From Epiperipatus broadwayi (taxonomy: Eukaryota; Animalia; Onychophora), in NCBI GenBank assembly GCA_028023455.1, contig JAQFVV010000006.1:20088001-20152000 (forward strand): a stretch of 64,000 nucleotides of DNA. Reading direction: 5' to 3'. The position numbers and the translations under genes were made by a program. Shown piece by piece: positions 1 to 14,205 of this stretch (its first letter is position 1; the number at the start of each line of letters is the position of its first letter). Below the pieces are notes generated by a model that saw only the letters and a list, made by a program, of their open reading frames with translations, did not search any database and was not told the DNA's origin.

Positions 1-979
1 AAAAACAATTATTGCAATATCGTCTTACATAAAACAATATATGTATTTGTTTTCATAGTTTGTTTATATTTTTATTACACTAGTTCAATATTTACTAAAG
101 CAGGTCAATAAATGGAGTTTACCGTACGAAATTATTATTTATTTAAACAAAAACATACAGGCGCACAAACAGAATACATACACATATACGATTAAACAAT
201 CATCACCATCAGAAAATATGGTTTAATATCTCTAATGATATATAATTATTTAGATGAAATAAATAGTCAAAGATTTAGATTAGATTGCATGTAAGCTAAA
301 CACTAAATAACAAACGTTAATGCATTTTTATGTGATGAGATATGATAAGGCTTCTTGTTAAAAGGAATCGGAAGATTTTGTCCATAGGCCACATGCCTAG
401 GAACCCTGTCAACCAAGTAAAACCTTTCTTTCCTTCAAACAGATTCTCCTTGCTGTTACTTAAGTTCGGGAGACTAAAAGCTGAATATAAGTTGAGTTTT
501 GTCATAATTTGCTTATCTATCTCTTAATCAGAAATATTTATCATACAATTAATGTATATATGCAGCTGACTCCTCTTGCATATACATGCTAATAAAAGAA
601 ATTTAAATTCACTGGAATACCTTTATGGTGGATAGCTAGATATATACACAAAGCCTATTTTTGTGTTCATATAGGAATGCAGATCAAAGAAATCAGCAAG
701 TGAGAAAAGTATACATATATGCTGCTCAAAAATATATGGAATATTAATTTTAATAAAAACAAATCTACTATTATCTAATTATAAAGCTATTGTACCTGTG
801 TATAAAACTCAGACTCAAGAAACCTATTGCTAAAAAGAAAATAAGTTTAATGTCGAAGATAAAAACCAATAAATATATATATTGTTTATATTATTAATTT
901 CAGGACTATTTAAGTCAAAAAATCTTTTTTTTCTTTGTGGCATAAAATGAAAGATTTTATATATTTAGTATTTATATAT

Positions 980-1798
980 TGTACCAGTCGAAAAACCCAC
1001 CAAAAGAACTGCAAGTTGAATCCAAACTCAGCTGAACCAAAACTGAATTCAAACCCAACTCAACAGCTCAGATTAGTAGAAATCTAAATCGACAGCACAG
1101 TGCTATGTGCCAAGAAACTAGCTCAATGGTTGGTGAAGATCAGAGACCCCTGAACTGACAATATGTGATAATAAATGACTAAAATAATTTTAAATCGAGT
1201 CATATGTATATGTTCGGGTTGCCAACACAGACAGCGAGTATTAACATTAAAATATAACTGAGAATTTGTTCGACTTTAATTGAAATCACTTCGTCACGAA
1301 TTATGAGCATCAGAACAGGCCTTACTGGAACAGAGAGGCAACTGTGCTGACGAATTATGAGCTAAAAAATGAAATTGAAAGATGATAGCTAGTCGATAAT
1401 CGAAGTCCTATGGCAGCTTGCGTCTGACAAGTCTTATGCCCTTTGACTAATATGAACAGGAGAGGAAGTGCTTTCTTCCTCGATAATTTAAAATAACAGA
1501 AATATGATCACTGACCAGCCTAATGGAGCAAAAGATTGCCCTATGTCAGCAACGTTGAAGATGATGATTTACTAGTCACCATTTGAGAACTAAAACCCAA
1601 TTATAGAATGCTCAATGTGATGACTTGATCAAATAAATTAAAGTCAAATGAGTTTTTAAGTAAAACTATTTTAAAGTATTTGTAAATCATATTAATTATG
1701 CCCCAATCATCGTGCCCTTCCTGAATCTTAATAGAAAATAATAAAGTTGAATTAGAATATATTTATTTGATTCCTTTATCGGCCCTTTGCAAAAAACA
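980..1798. mobile_element. Possible solo LTR or other non-coding TE remnant
   Basis: GC-richer, CpG-containing block starting TG(TACC) and ending (AAAAAA)CA, with short internal direct repeats (CGAATTATGAGC twice) and AATAATAAAG near the 3' end. No target-site duplication found. Confidence 0.3.
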
Positions 1799-3272
1799 TT
1801 TTAAGATTATATTTGAATAATAAACAAATATTAGTGAAATGAGAAAATAGCAGTGGCATTGATTAGAAATGGAGCTAATAATTTATTATTAGCCAATTAT
1901 AAAAATAACACATACTTAATAATTTCTTTCGACTCGATGATTGATAGAACTGTATAAATCTAGTTCTAATGGGTGAGAATTAACTATCAGAATTTAGTTT
2001 ATATTACTTGAATAAGGCAAAGAAAATGAAGGAGATCATTGAGTTGAAGGATTATTGGCATATAATTAAAATAACATTAATAAATTACACAAATATATAT
2101 ATATATAATATAATAAACGAACTGCCAAGTAAGAAAAGAGAAAGTTAGAGACTAGAAGTTGAGAGAATTATGATATAATAGCGTAAATAAAAGTAAGTTT
2201 ACACAGAGATTATTACACAGAGATTATGACATTTATAGAATGAAAAGAGCTCTTAAAAGGAGTGTAAAGTAAAGTTTGGAACTGGCCAGAAAGTTTAAGG
2301 TTCATTATGGAAATATATTACCCATTTCTTCCAGGCTAGATCCTTAAGTTACACGTCCAGGTTGGTAAAATGTAGGCACCATTTGGTCAATTACTTGAAC
2401 AGTATTTTAATGAATTTTCATGATTTTAGCAGCATGATTGATCCGGAAAAGATTCAGCAGCACCATTGAAGATTTTTAGGGGACCTCAGGAACAATAGCC
2501 AGATTCCTGACATTTAGCCCCTTACCATGATAGGAACACTTTTTGAATTAATGATTTTGAACAGCACATAATTTATTGGCACTTTTCTGCAACAAAGATG
2601 GCTTTTTTTTCTCCAAATTTTTCAGAGCTATATATATCTGTCCTCTGATGCCTTCAGGCTAGCGCTTCTTTCATTATCAATATTTTTAGATTTACTGGTT
2701 GTTTTTAGATACATTCCCTTGATAAGGCTTTCAAACTCATTAACTTGAATTCATTTTCTAATTAGAAAATGAATTCTTAAAATCAGAAAATGATTTTAAT
2801 TAGGAAATCCTTATCTTTTTTCTAATTAATAAAACTTTAACTGTTGTTTTTGGAAAGGGAAAATCTGAAAGCTTATCGAAAGAATGTAGCTTTTAATCAA
2901 TAAAACTTTAACAAATTATTTAAAAATAAAACCAAACATTCCCAACGCAATGAAACTTTTAAACAATTATATATATTTAAATATTTACAAATATATATGC
3001 ACAATCCACGCAGTTATAATATATAAATTCATGAATAATTCTATCATGAATTTATTAATAGAATTGGTCAATTTAAATATGAAAGTAATTAATTTTTAAT
3101 ACGCATTTATGAAATAAGTTATTCTTTATGGAAATTAGTATGGATTGAACATATAAAGCCCCATTGCATTAGAAATTTAAGGTTAGTATTGTGGGTTTGA
3201 AGTGGGTTTATGGCTAGATGTCATGAAGCTAGGATCGAACTCAGATCCGACTGCTTCAATATATATTAAAGT

Positions 3273-3458
3273 AAAATAATAATTAAAAAATAAATTATTT
3301 ACAACAGCTATATAAATATCAAAATGTTTTATACATTAAAAACCTTTTTCATTTGAAAAGGGCACCAAATCAGGTGCTGAAAAAACCTTTTAATGTATAC
3401 ACATTTTGATATTTATGTATCTATTGTAAAGAATTTATTATTTTCTGATTATTATTTT
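3273..3458. repeat. Fold-back (palindromic) MITE-like element
   Basis: ATAAATATCAAAATGT..TATACATTAAAA (3312-3341) is inverted relative to TTTTAATGTATACACATTTTGATATTTAT (3388-3416). Central GCACC-N6-GGTGC hairpin at 3362-3377. Confidence 0.7.
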
Positions 3459-3854
3459 ATGGAAGAACAACTTAAAGATATTTATTCTTTTCCTATTTTG
3501 ATAATATTAAAGAAAAAAAATTATAAACAGCAAACAGCTGAGAAAAATTAATTTTAAAAAATGTTAATGGAAATAACTTTAAAAAAGAAAACTTTTACTT
3601 CTTTTTTAATTACATAATAGAAAACTTTTTCTTGGATTTACACAAAAACAAAGCATCTGGAAATTGGGAGTGTAAAGAAAAGCAACATCATCAACAATAA
3701 AAAACAAGTATTTTTTAAATTTAATTTTTGGTCAAAAAATAGTTTTTCCTTTGTTTAAAACTTGAGTAGTTAATAAATAAAAATATTTTATTGTATGTTA
3801 ATTACAGATAAAAAATCTAAAATATGAAATTATAATAAATATATGTAAGATTTC

Positions 3855-4042
3855 AAATACCAGGCATTCTTCTACCTGGAGCCTAATTGTAAATATAGGG
3901 AATTTGAACTCAGACTTTCAAGCCCCTTCACTATCCACACTATCTCATACAACTGATACACATGACCACACCCATGCAGAAGAGATAAATAATCACCAAT
4001 ATATATATTTCATGCTAAACCAGCATTCATCAGTTGGTCCAG
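3855..4042 (-). mobile_element. HHR-palindrome family, copy A (single arm)
   Basis: Minus strand reads GGACCAA-CTGATGA-ATGCTGGTTTAGCAT-GAATATATATA-TTGGTGATT...CTTGAAAGTCTGAGTTCAAATTCCC, matching copies at 7.8-8.4, 24.7, 51.3, 53.1, 60.2 and 62.4 kb. Confidence 0.8.
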
Positions 4043-6884
4043 GTAAAAATAAAAAGAATTGTGTGTAAAATTAATTATCAAAATATTTTTAGGCGAATAT
4101 TTATATCAGATTTGGATTCAGCTATCATCAAATTAGTTTTATATATTTTAAATGCCAATTAATTATTAACAATTGAAATATTTATATAAAGAAATACTCT
4201 AAGTGTGTGCATATATACTCACCTTTATTCTGGTTAGTAATGGATCTTCATGTGAGGATTTACCAAAGTAATCAGCATCAATTTGTATCCATTATTTGAT
4301 TTATAATCTCTTATTCACTATTACAATCTTTAAAAACAAATTAGATTTTTTTTAAAAAATATGTCATTTTTTCAAGATAGTGATCAAAAAATGGTGATCA
4401 TTTTGATGTAGAAAAGTGACTTCACCAAAGCTACATCTTGCAAGAATAAAATCACAATATTCTCATTGAAAGTGTAAAGTTTATTCATTATTCAATATAT
4501 ATTATTTTGATTATAGCATTAAAATACAATTAAAGCACTTTATTTAATTTATATCCAGTGACTTTTTGAAATATACAATGCTTCCATTTATGACATAAGC
4601 AAAAAGTTTTTCATCGCTATTGACTATAAAATAAAAAAAACCCCACCAGTTTCACTCAGACAGTAAGTAATACACTTTGATCATACACAGCAACAAAGGG
4701 TATTAATATTTAGTTGTAAGAGGTGTATATTAACTAACCTATATTAATTCAATAAAGTTTGAAAGATCAAAATTTTTATGAATAATATTTTGCCCATGGC
4801 AATAATACAATCATCATAATTGTCATTGTAATTTATGTAATGTTCAAATTTGTTTATTAAGTGTATAAATAATAGTCATAATTTTAAGTTATTTTGAAAA
4901 AAATGATTTCATGTGTCATGTAGCTAATAATCAACTTTATACAATCAATGAATACTAAATGTAAGTTTAAAATAACATTTCTTTTTTTAATTTTAAATCA
5001 ATCCTCTTGTAGTTTGTTTTGACTTATTCAAAGTAATAGCTGGTTTTACTGTAAACAGATTAGCAAAAGAAAAAAAAAGATTTAAGCATTTATATATCTT
5101 ATTAAAACTACAGCACTCAACTATACATAACATTTTTTTACTACATTTTATTTACTTTCACTGTATTTATATAAAATAAAAAAATATGTGACAAAAAAGT
5201 TAACAATGTTGCAAAAACAAAGAGATCAGTCTTATTGGTTAGAAATTACAAAAATTAAAAAAATAATAATAATTGAACATAAAACATATGATTAATAAAC
5301 TGTAAAATGTACATTCTGTTAATTTTTTAAATTTAATTTTAAAATGTGTAGTGTGTATTTTTTCATTCATACTTTATTTTAATTCAAAATATTATGATTC
5401 AGGAGATAGCATTCTGTTGCTATGTAAAAAGAAAAATTGTGATTGACAATGAAAAAAATTATACTTTTTTCCTCTTTAAAATTAAATTATAACTACTGAA
5501 ATATTTTTAAATATTTACCCACAGGTCTTCGTATATATATATATATATATATATTAATAATATGCTAAGTAAAATGTTTACTTATTAATTAACACTTTTT
5601 TAAATTAAAGCTGTACTTTTTTAATTGATTTTTTAAAATGTATTTTGAATTTAATGTAACAAATTCATTTTTTCTTCGTAGGAACACATTATAATTGTTT
5701 ATTCTTTATGTAAGATCTTATTTTATGAAGCATTTTGGGGGACCAATTGTCACGCTAACTGGAGTAAAGGTATATATATTTTCATATGTTATTAACATAA
5801 TTAGGTCTATTAAAGTTAAGAAAAGTAATAATTAATAATTGTAAAATTTATTTTCTGTACATGTTATATCTTAGTCACACATACCTATAGGCATGCACAC
5901 GTGTGCATATGTATAAATTACAACCATTTAAAATGTATATATAGAAACAATTTAAGCAATATTAATCATTTCTTATTTGGTTTTTCAATTTATTAAAAAA
6001 TATCTGACATTTGTATATAAACCAAAATTAAATATAATCTATTTGCGTTTAAAAAGAATATTGATATCAGATTTTAAATTCATTTTTATTGTTATTGCTA
6101 TTACTAATCAATTAAAATCATTAACTTAAATTCTTTCAATGAAATTATTTATTAGATTAAGAATTTATGTGTCTTTACTCTTTCTTTTTTTTTTTTTTTA
6201 TCCAAATAGAGTTTAGTGTGATCCCAAAACTAGCTTTGGACATAATAGAAATTGAGTATGTGTGCAGACATCTATATAATTTTCTTTAGAATAATTAAAA
6301 TGGCATTTAGATATTGAAGATCATATTTAAACTCCATTCACTTTATTATATATTTAATGATGATCACTACTAGTTTATTGATGCCTAATACTCTTATGGT
6401 ATCATATGACTGGGGGAATTGATGATGATCATAGCACTTAATAATCTCAGAAATTATTTAGCACTCAATATATGCATAATTCTATACTTATTTGGCATTT
6501 ATGAAGTGCATGATTGATGCCTTCTCTTTCATAATATTTTGCTTCATGATTGGCATTGTTTTGATGATGAAGATTTTATGGCATGCCTTTTAAACATCCA
6601 ATCATGAATAGTAGTTACTGATTATTTACTGCTAGTGCTATGCTTACTATTTGTTTTGATAATGATCTACTGATTCTTTGCTCTTTCCTATTGCATTCAA
6701 TTAAAAGTTGCTGCTGATTATTTTTGTGTCTTTCCTCCCACTCCTATCATTATTATATATTTACAAATAAAATGTCTATTATTATATACAGTTGAAGTGG
6801 GTTAAGGAATTAATGGAAAGTACTTCTGCAGATTGGAAGATTGTATATAATAGTTAATTACCATTATATTTATTATTTTTATTG

Positions 6885-6885
<1 letters not shown>

Positions 6886-6940
<55 letters not shown>
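6886..6940. repeat. (TA)n microsatellite
   Basis: Direct reading. Confidence 0.97.
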
Positions 6941-6945
<5 letters not shown>

Positions 6946-7224
6946 TAAAGATTTTAAAGGGCTACAAATATAAATGAAATGTTATCTGGATACATTTGAG
7001 TATAATTTATTGTAGTAAAAATATATTCCAATGTTTTAGCAGGTCACTTGTGTCTTCAACTGGGTAATAAATATTATGAAAAGATGTGTAGCTGTGCTGT
7101 AAACATTGTTGTATAATAATAATGAACATTCTACTAATAGAAAACATGTAGAACAAATAAATATCAGAAATTATTTAGATAAATTTTTCTAAAAATTCTT
7201 CTAAATAGAAGGTAATTTGCACAT

Positions 7225-7554
7225 ATGATCACATTTGTTGATTCAATCCCTCTTGAAACCCATGGAGTTTATAAAATTTCATGTAGCATTTGTGATGCTT
7301 ATGTAAGTATGAGCAATCATTGCATCAGTGTTAGAAGCAGCACTCATCACCATCAGCACTCTCTCCCCATGGTACAGATCCAGGTCATAATATTAAATTT
7401 TCTAAGGACTGGAGTACTATTCAGATGTGACATTCTCCAACAATATCAGATCAGAGAAGCAACTGAGATCTTTAAAAAGCCAGATTATATCCACAAATAT
7501 GATATATATGCAAATTATCTTCTATTTGGAAGAATTTTTAAAAAAAATCATTAA
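7225..7554 (+). pseudogene. Penelope-like element GIY-YIG endonuclease fragment
   Basis: ORF contains PLETHGVYKISCSICDAY (GVYxIxC motif) and YQIREATEIFKKPDYIHK (R-x-x-RE-A-x-EI type C-terminal motif of PLE endonucleases). Catalytic segment is degenerate. Confidence 0.7.
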
Positions 7555-7601
7555 TCAAAATAATTTCTGATATTTATTATTTCAGTTTTCTATTATTAGA
7601 A

Positions 7602-7798
<197 letters not shown>

Positions 7799-7836
7799 GG
7801 TCATTGTTTATAGTGCTACTATAAGTGTTTTATATA

Positions 7837-8365
7837 GGGGGTTTGAACTCAGACTTTCACATGACCATCACCTATCCATGCTATTTTATACTGCTGACAC
7901 ACTTGATCACACACATGTTGAAAAGATAAACAATCGCCAATATACATATTTTGTGCTAAACCAGCACTCATCAGTTGGTCCAGATTATCATCTCCATGCA
8001 TATATACAATCAATGCTCTGCTTATTTTAAGATAGCCAATCTTCATATTTTAATGGACAGGCTTCAATTCACCCCATCCCACAACTCTTCAGCCATCCCT
8101 TTTCATTGAAAATCTGATCATGGAATTCTTAAAACCCACATTGGTGCCAACCTTCTCATCCTACCCATGTTAACCATAAGTCACTCAATGCATTGATATG
8201 TGTGGAGATGATAATCTGGATCAACTGACGAGTGCTGGTTGAGCATGAGATATGATATGTTAGTGATTGTTTTTCTTTTAGACATGTGTGTGATCAAGTG
8301 TGTCAGCAGTATGAAACAGTATGGATAGTTGAGGATCATGTGAAAGTCTGAGTTCAAATCCCTTA
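7837..8365. mobile_element. HHR-palindrome family, copy B/C (two inverted arms)
   Basis: 7837-8005 is the reverse complement of ~8195-8365. HHR cores at 7931-7990 (-) and 8207-8270 (+). Outer ends read TTTGAACTCAGACTTTCAC / GTGAAAGTCTGAGTTCAAA. Confidence 0.85.
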
Positions 8366-9964
8366 TATATTACATATTGAAGTGCAGGTATGAAAAAGCC
8401 TGTACTGTAGGAAAAAGTCATATAATACAACTGTTTTAGTAACATTTATTACCCAGTTGATGACCAGTGAAACCTGGATAACATTTCATTTATATATAAT
8501 CCAAAGAAGCACAATAACAAATTGACTACAATACAAATTAATCATATCAAAGTTTAAAAAATTCAGCTAACTTAATTATAATTACTATGTTCACCAATTT
8601 CAATATTCTAATAACATAACCAACCACTTAAGCACTTCAGTATTATTATAGAAGAATTCATTACTAATATTTGAATGTTAAATAGTAAAACACTGTCACA
8701 ATTATTCCATAACTTAAAATATATATAATTTTATATTTGGTATTTAAAATGATTAAGGTTTATACTACACTGGAATACTAATATTGAACTCACAGTCATC
8801 TGGATAAGTGGTGTTATAACGATCCTATTGAATGCTTGATAGTTAATTATTTTAATTTAATGTTGATTGTTTAAACTTTCTTGGTGTAATTATTGTATAT
8901 ATAGAAGCTAAGTTGTCTGCTTACAATTTGATATCATGTTAAAATATTTTTGATTAATGACAGGATGTCTAATATTTTTCCGATTATAAATTAAATTCAT
9001 ATTCTTCTGAATTAAACTTGTATACTATTGATACAATTTGTTTGCAAAAGCATTTCCCATGACTTCTGTAGCCAAACAACAGTTTCCACGATTCCTAATG
9101 CCTTTATAGTTGTCATCTGTCGTTCTTAATAATAATGCAATCTCATTTCCGACATAATTAAAAAAATTCATTTATTTATTAATTAAACATATAAAGCTGT
9201 TATTATAAAACGAGTTATTAATTTAAGAGAATATGTAAAATGTTCAATTACTGACAGTTTTTGCTTTCATAAATTCTTTAATTAAATTCTATTTTTATTA
9301 TCTCTTAGTAAATTTTCAATTTTTTTTTTTAAAACTCATTTTATAACTATGAAAACAAATTTAGCATTTTCAATTAAGCGATCATAAATTCTTACTTTGG
9401 TTAACTGTTATTAAAAAAAAACGTAATAGCAAAACATTTAATGGGTCTAGAAATTACAATTGAAGGGAAAAATTATACCATTTACACTGTGTTTAATTAA
9501 CATTATAATTACCATTACTATTTAAAATCATTTTGACAGCAAAATTGCCAACTTCATTAATTATAAATAATCCACAATATTTTGCTATATATTTATATAT
9601 ATCATTACAGTCACTGATCAGAAAGTACATTCGATGATGATTAAATGCAGATGGAATATTTTTATAATTAGATAAGATCTTCATACGGCCACAATTCAAT
9701 CTACAAGTGTATAAGTTTCTGCACTTACACTTTTGAAATCAACCATTTTATAAATGCATCAATAATTATTTCTAATCATTTATTAGGCTAAAGATGAACA
9801 GGTCATTCCTAGCTGGATTAATATATATTTTTTATAAATACCTAACAAAATGATGAAGATACGTGAGAGGTTATGTTTTAAGTCAAATGAAAGGTACAGG
9901 TTTATTCAAAAATGCATATTGGGAATCTTTTAGTTTTTTTCAGATGTCTTTTACCTAAATAATA

Positions 9965-10202
9965 AATAACATTTTTGTGTAATTTTTACACCACTCTCAC
10001 ACAAGATAAAGTCTGGTTTTTGTCCATTTTGACATCTTGTGGAAGGATATAATCATAAACATATGACTAAGGACATGGGAAAAAGTTGTCTGATTATATG
10101 TTTATAATTACAGCCCTCCACAAGGTGTTAAAAGTGGAGAGAAACCAGTCCCTATCTTGCATGAGAGTGGTGTGGTGAAAATTACACTACAAAAATGTTA
10201 TT
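9965..10202. repeat. Fold-back (palindromic) MITE-like element
   Basis: AATAACATTTTTGTGTAATTTTTACACCACTCTCA..CAAGAT..CTGGTTT is mirrored by AAACCAG..ATCTTG..TGAGAGTGGTG..AAAATTACAC..AAAAATGTTATT. The inner arms also pair. Confidence 0.8.
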
Positions 10203-10262
10203 CGTTAAATGTATAATCTTTAATCTAATGAATGACTAATAAAAATTATTATTCATCTTTAC

Positions 10263-10375
10263 CTATATGTTTTAAAATGTGAAGTGTAATAGCAGTTTTA
10301 AATTCATCTAAAAGATTAGTCTGAATGCCTATTGACTGAATTACAGGTCTGCATGTATTTTTTAAAAAGATATGG
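10263..10375 (-). CDS. Candidate internal exon of an unidentified host gene
   Basis: Acceptor TATTTTTTGCAG, donor ATAG|GTAAAG, open frame HIFLKNTCRPVIQSIGIQTNLLDEFKTAITLHILKHI. No homology recognised. Confidence 0.25.
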
Positions 10376-11121
10376 CTGCAAAAAATATAATGGAAAGCTA
10401 AGATTAGGAAAGATGTGAATGTATACCAGTTCAAAAATCATTATACCTTAATGACAGCTTGAAATTCAGTTTAAAACCCTTTAGTTCTCAAGACAATCAT
10501 ATTTTTACTGCACCAAACTTTGCACATTTACTTTTGAAATACTTCAACAGTTAAATTATTTATTGGTAAAGAATTGCAGTCAGTCAAAAAATAAAGTTTA
10601 TTGAAAAATAGATCAGAAGACAATATTAAAAGATGAAAAATAAGCTAACTATAAAACTTAGTTGTAAAATGTATGACTATAATTTTAGTTCATAAATATA
10701 TTTGTAAAGAGACTGCAAGTCAACGTTAATCGTTTTTTTTTTTATCTTTTAAAATTAGAGTGAATTTCTTCAGGATTACATAAATTAGTGCTTCTAAATA
10801 GAATTAGACAGCTTATTCCAATTCATGGTGAAACTACAACAATATGAATTCGAATATAAAAAGATATTAATTATAGACAATCATCTAAATACCTATCCAA
10901 CATTACACTCTCTGAACAAACAAATCAGTTTGATGCAGGATACATGAGATGGTTTTAACTTTCAGTAACAAGATGAACCTTATCAAATTGCTCATCTATT
11001 TATTTACCCATCTATCTTTTATTGTTCATCCATTCATTTGGCTATACATTTATCCAATCCATTTATCATTTGTCCACACTACTACCTTCCATATTATATT
11101 TGCCAGTTACCTATTTAACTG

Positions 11122-11895
<774 letters not shown>

Positions 11896-12411
11896 TCTAT
11901 CTATCTGCTTTCTGGATAACTGATCTATCGATTTATCTAGCTAGCTATCTGCTTTCTAGATAACTGATTGACTGATCAAAACATTAACTATCTATCCATC
12001 CATCCATCAATCCAACCATTATCCATCCATCCAACTATTTATTCATCAATTTATTTATTCATGTACTTCTAATTTATAATTAAACTGGAATTAATATTAT
12101 AAAATATTTCTTAAACAATTATTAACTACATAAATAAATATAATGATTAAACTATACTGAAATACTAATATATTTAGATTTCAATGTGATGTAAAAAATA
12201 TTTTTATCAAATTAATTTCAGCTTTCTTATAGTACTTAAAATATTGTATTTGCATTAAGTCAGTTAAAAATTGAATATTTAAAGGTCTATTTAAATGATG
12301 TACACGTTTTTATGTTAATCATTATATGACTTCTTTACAGTTTCAGATGTTAAATTGATTATAAATTAAATACGTTTAATTTTTTATTTTTTAAAACTTG
12401 AATTATATACT

Positions 12412-12546
12412 GACCTGTGTGTTTTTATTAACAGTTGAATGTATTTTGAATATTTAAATAAAGTTAAATTTTTCTCAAGACAATGGAAATAGTCCAATAT
12501 ATAAATACAACTAAAATACCATCATCACAAACCTTAACGAAAACAC
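12412..12546 (+). mobile_element. Solo copy of the PLE terminal (pLTR-like) segment
   Basis: ACCTGTGT..TAACAGTT..AAATAAAGTTAAA..ATGGAAATAGTCCAATATATAAATACAA..ACCATCATCACAAACCTT..GAAAACAC matches 57828-57974 and 55240-55304. Confidence 0.7.
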
Positions 12547-13785
12547 ATTTAATCGTGCATTATAACAGAATAAATTAAAAAGGCAAATCAAATCAATTTT
12601 CTTTTGATGAAGTTGATCATGTCTCATATTGGAAGCAATTGGAAAAACAATAAGTTATGCTTACATCTGATGGTATATTGACGTACTAAATGGAACACAA
12701 TAGTTAGCATGGAAAAATAGGGTCAAATAGTGAAGTCATGCGCTGATGATAATAATCAGAAAATGCAATATAGGTCAGAGGATTCCACCAATCACACCAA
12801 AGCTCTATTTACATATGCCTGAATAAATGTGATAATAAGAAAATAACATTTACAACACTGTATTTAACTGGAAGTAGTGAATGGAAATGATGATATCTAA
12901 AGTATAAACGTCAAAAATACAAATGCCAACAATAACATTTCAGTAATCAGAATAAAGGCAAAAAGAATGATGTATTAGTTACCTAGCTATCTTATCATAA
13001 TTAAATAACAAAGATTGATATATATTCAGCATATACTTGTTTTGCAATATATATCTGTGCCATTTAGTCATATAATATAGACATTAATCAATGACATAAA
13101 ATAATATTTGTTACCTTTTGATCAAGCTAAAGAAAAACATCACACTTCTCTACCTCTCTTAATATAATTTATTCCCTTCCATTTTAACTGATATAGTGTG
13201 GAATGAGGAATAAAGACTTTATGCTTTATTATAGATGATATAATTTAATAAATTAGCAATAAAATGAAAAACCTATTAAGATAAATTCACTTAACAACAC
13301 CCATACATCAAATTATTAGAAATATAATTAAAACCAAAAAACAACACAATGTTTTTCATTAGCAAAATTATCCTTCTGTTTCTTCCATTATGCCATCTAG
13401 TAGAAAATTGAGTTATTAAATAGATATTAGATAGTAAAGCTTAATACATCCTTATCTACAGTTATTTGATTATATCTTCATGCTACTTTTTAGCTTATCA
13501 ATGTCATGTATGAAAAGTTTTGGTTCTGAAAATAATGTATCTGTATTTTTTTGGGTCTAATGCACCTTTTCTTCAGAAACCACCTTTTAATACTTGTTTT
13601 AGTGTAAAACTATTAACTAAATTTAAAAATATTTTAGCATTTTTAATCTAGGTTAACTTGTTGTATAATTATACAAATCTGAAAATAGTTCAGTATCCAT
13701 ATATAATAGTGTTCTTACTTTTTGAAAAACTATAGAAGCCTCTGCCCTTCTATTGTGATTGTTATAACACCAACAAAATGCTTTA

Positions 13786-14205
13786 TTATTAAAACAGGCA
13801 AAAATCTCTATATGTAATCAATGGATGCCATCCAATCCTGCCTAATGGGATAGTGGTGGTTATAATAATTAAAGAACCAAAGACACCAAAATGTATATAT
13901 GATTATATAAGCTGATGAGCTTGGATTGGAAATATTATAGTGTTTTCAATTTAAATCTCATAGTTTTGTAGTTAAGTAGAGATAAAAGGTGGCTGCTGGA
14001 GGGCTGCATTAGATCCTAAGATCTAGCTGCAGTGCTCTCAAATCCAAGGCTTCTCACTGATGAAGACCACAATCCTGAAACTAGTCTGGGGATATTGGAT
14101 GAGTAGACACTAGATGGAGATTTTATGCACAAGCCTTCTGGCATCCATTGATTACTCTGGATTGCACTGAGTGGCAATATATATAGAGTTTGCCTGTTTT
14201 AATAA
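13786..14205. mobile_element. Inverted-repeat non-autonomous element containing a hammerhead ribozyme
   Basis: TTATTAAAACAGGCAAA..TCTAT..GTAATCAATGGATGCCA (13786-13830) is inverted to TGGCATCCATTGATTAC..ATAGAGTTTGCCTGTTTTAATAA (14139-14205). Same termini as 26476-26616. Confidence 0.7.
14042..14100 (+). ncRNA. Minimal type I hammerhead ribozyme
   Basis: TCCAA-GG-CTTCTCA CTGATGA AGACCACAATCCT GAAA CTAG TC TGGGGA-TA-TTGGA. Core CUGAUGA/GAAA/GUC is intact, stem III is the palindromic ACTAGT, and stem I pairs (TTCTCA:TGGGGA, TCCAA:TTGGA). Stem II is weak. Confidence 0.7.

Noticed and set aside
4223-4327. Exon-like segment with good splice sites; EDPLLT similarity to ~44170-44200
   Set aside because: Stops occur in all three frames after the acceptor, and a six-residue match is expected by chance in a window this size.
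8990-9160. Pogo/Tigger-like C-terminal fragment (VWLQKSWEMLLQTNCINS); likewise Tc1-like hints near 53.6-53.9 kb and 59.8-60.0 kb
   Set aside because: Too degenerate to support; no catalytic motif visible.
13912-13940. CTGATGAGCTTGGATTGGAAA as a second HHR in the inverted-repeat element
   Set aside because: No stem II pairing; at most a decayed remnant.
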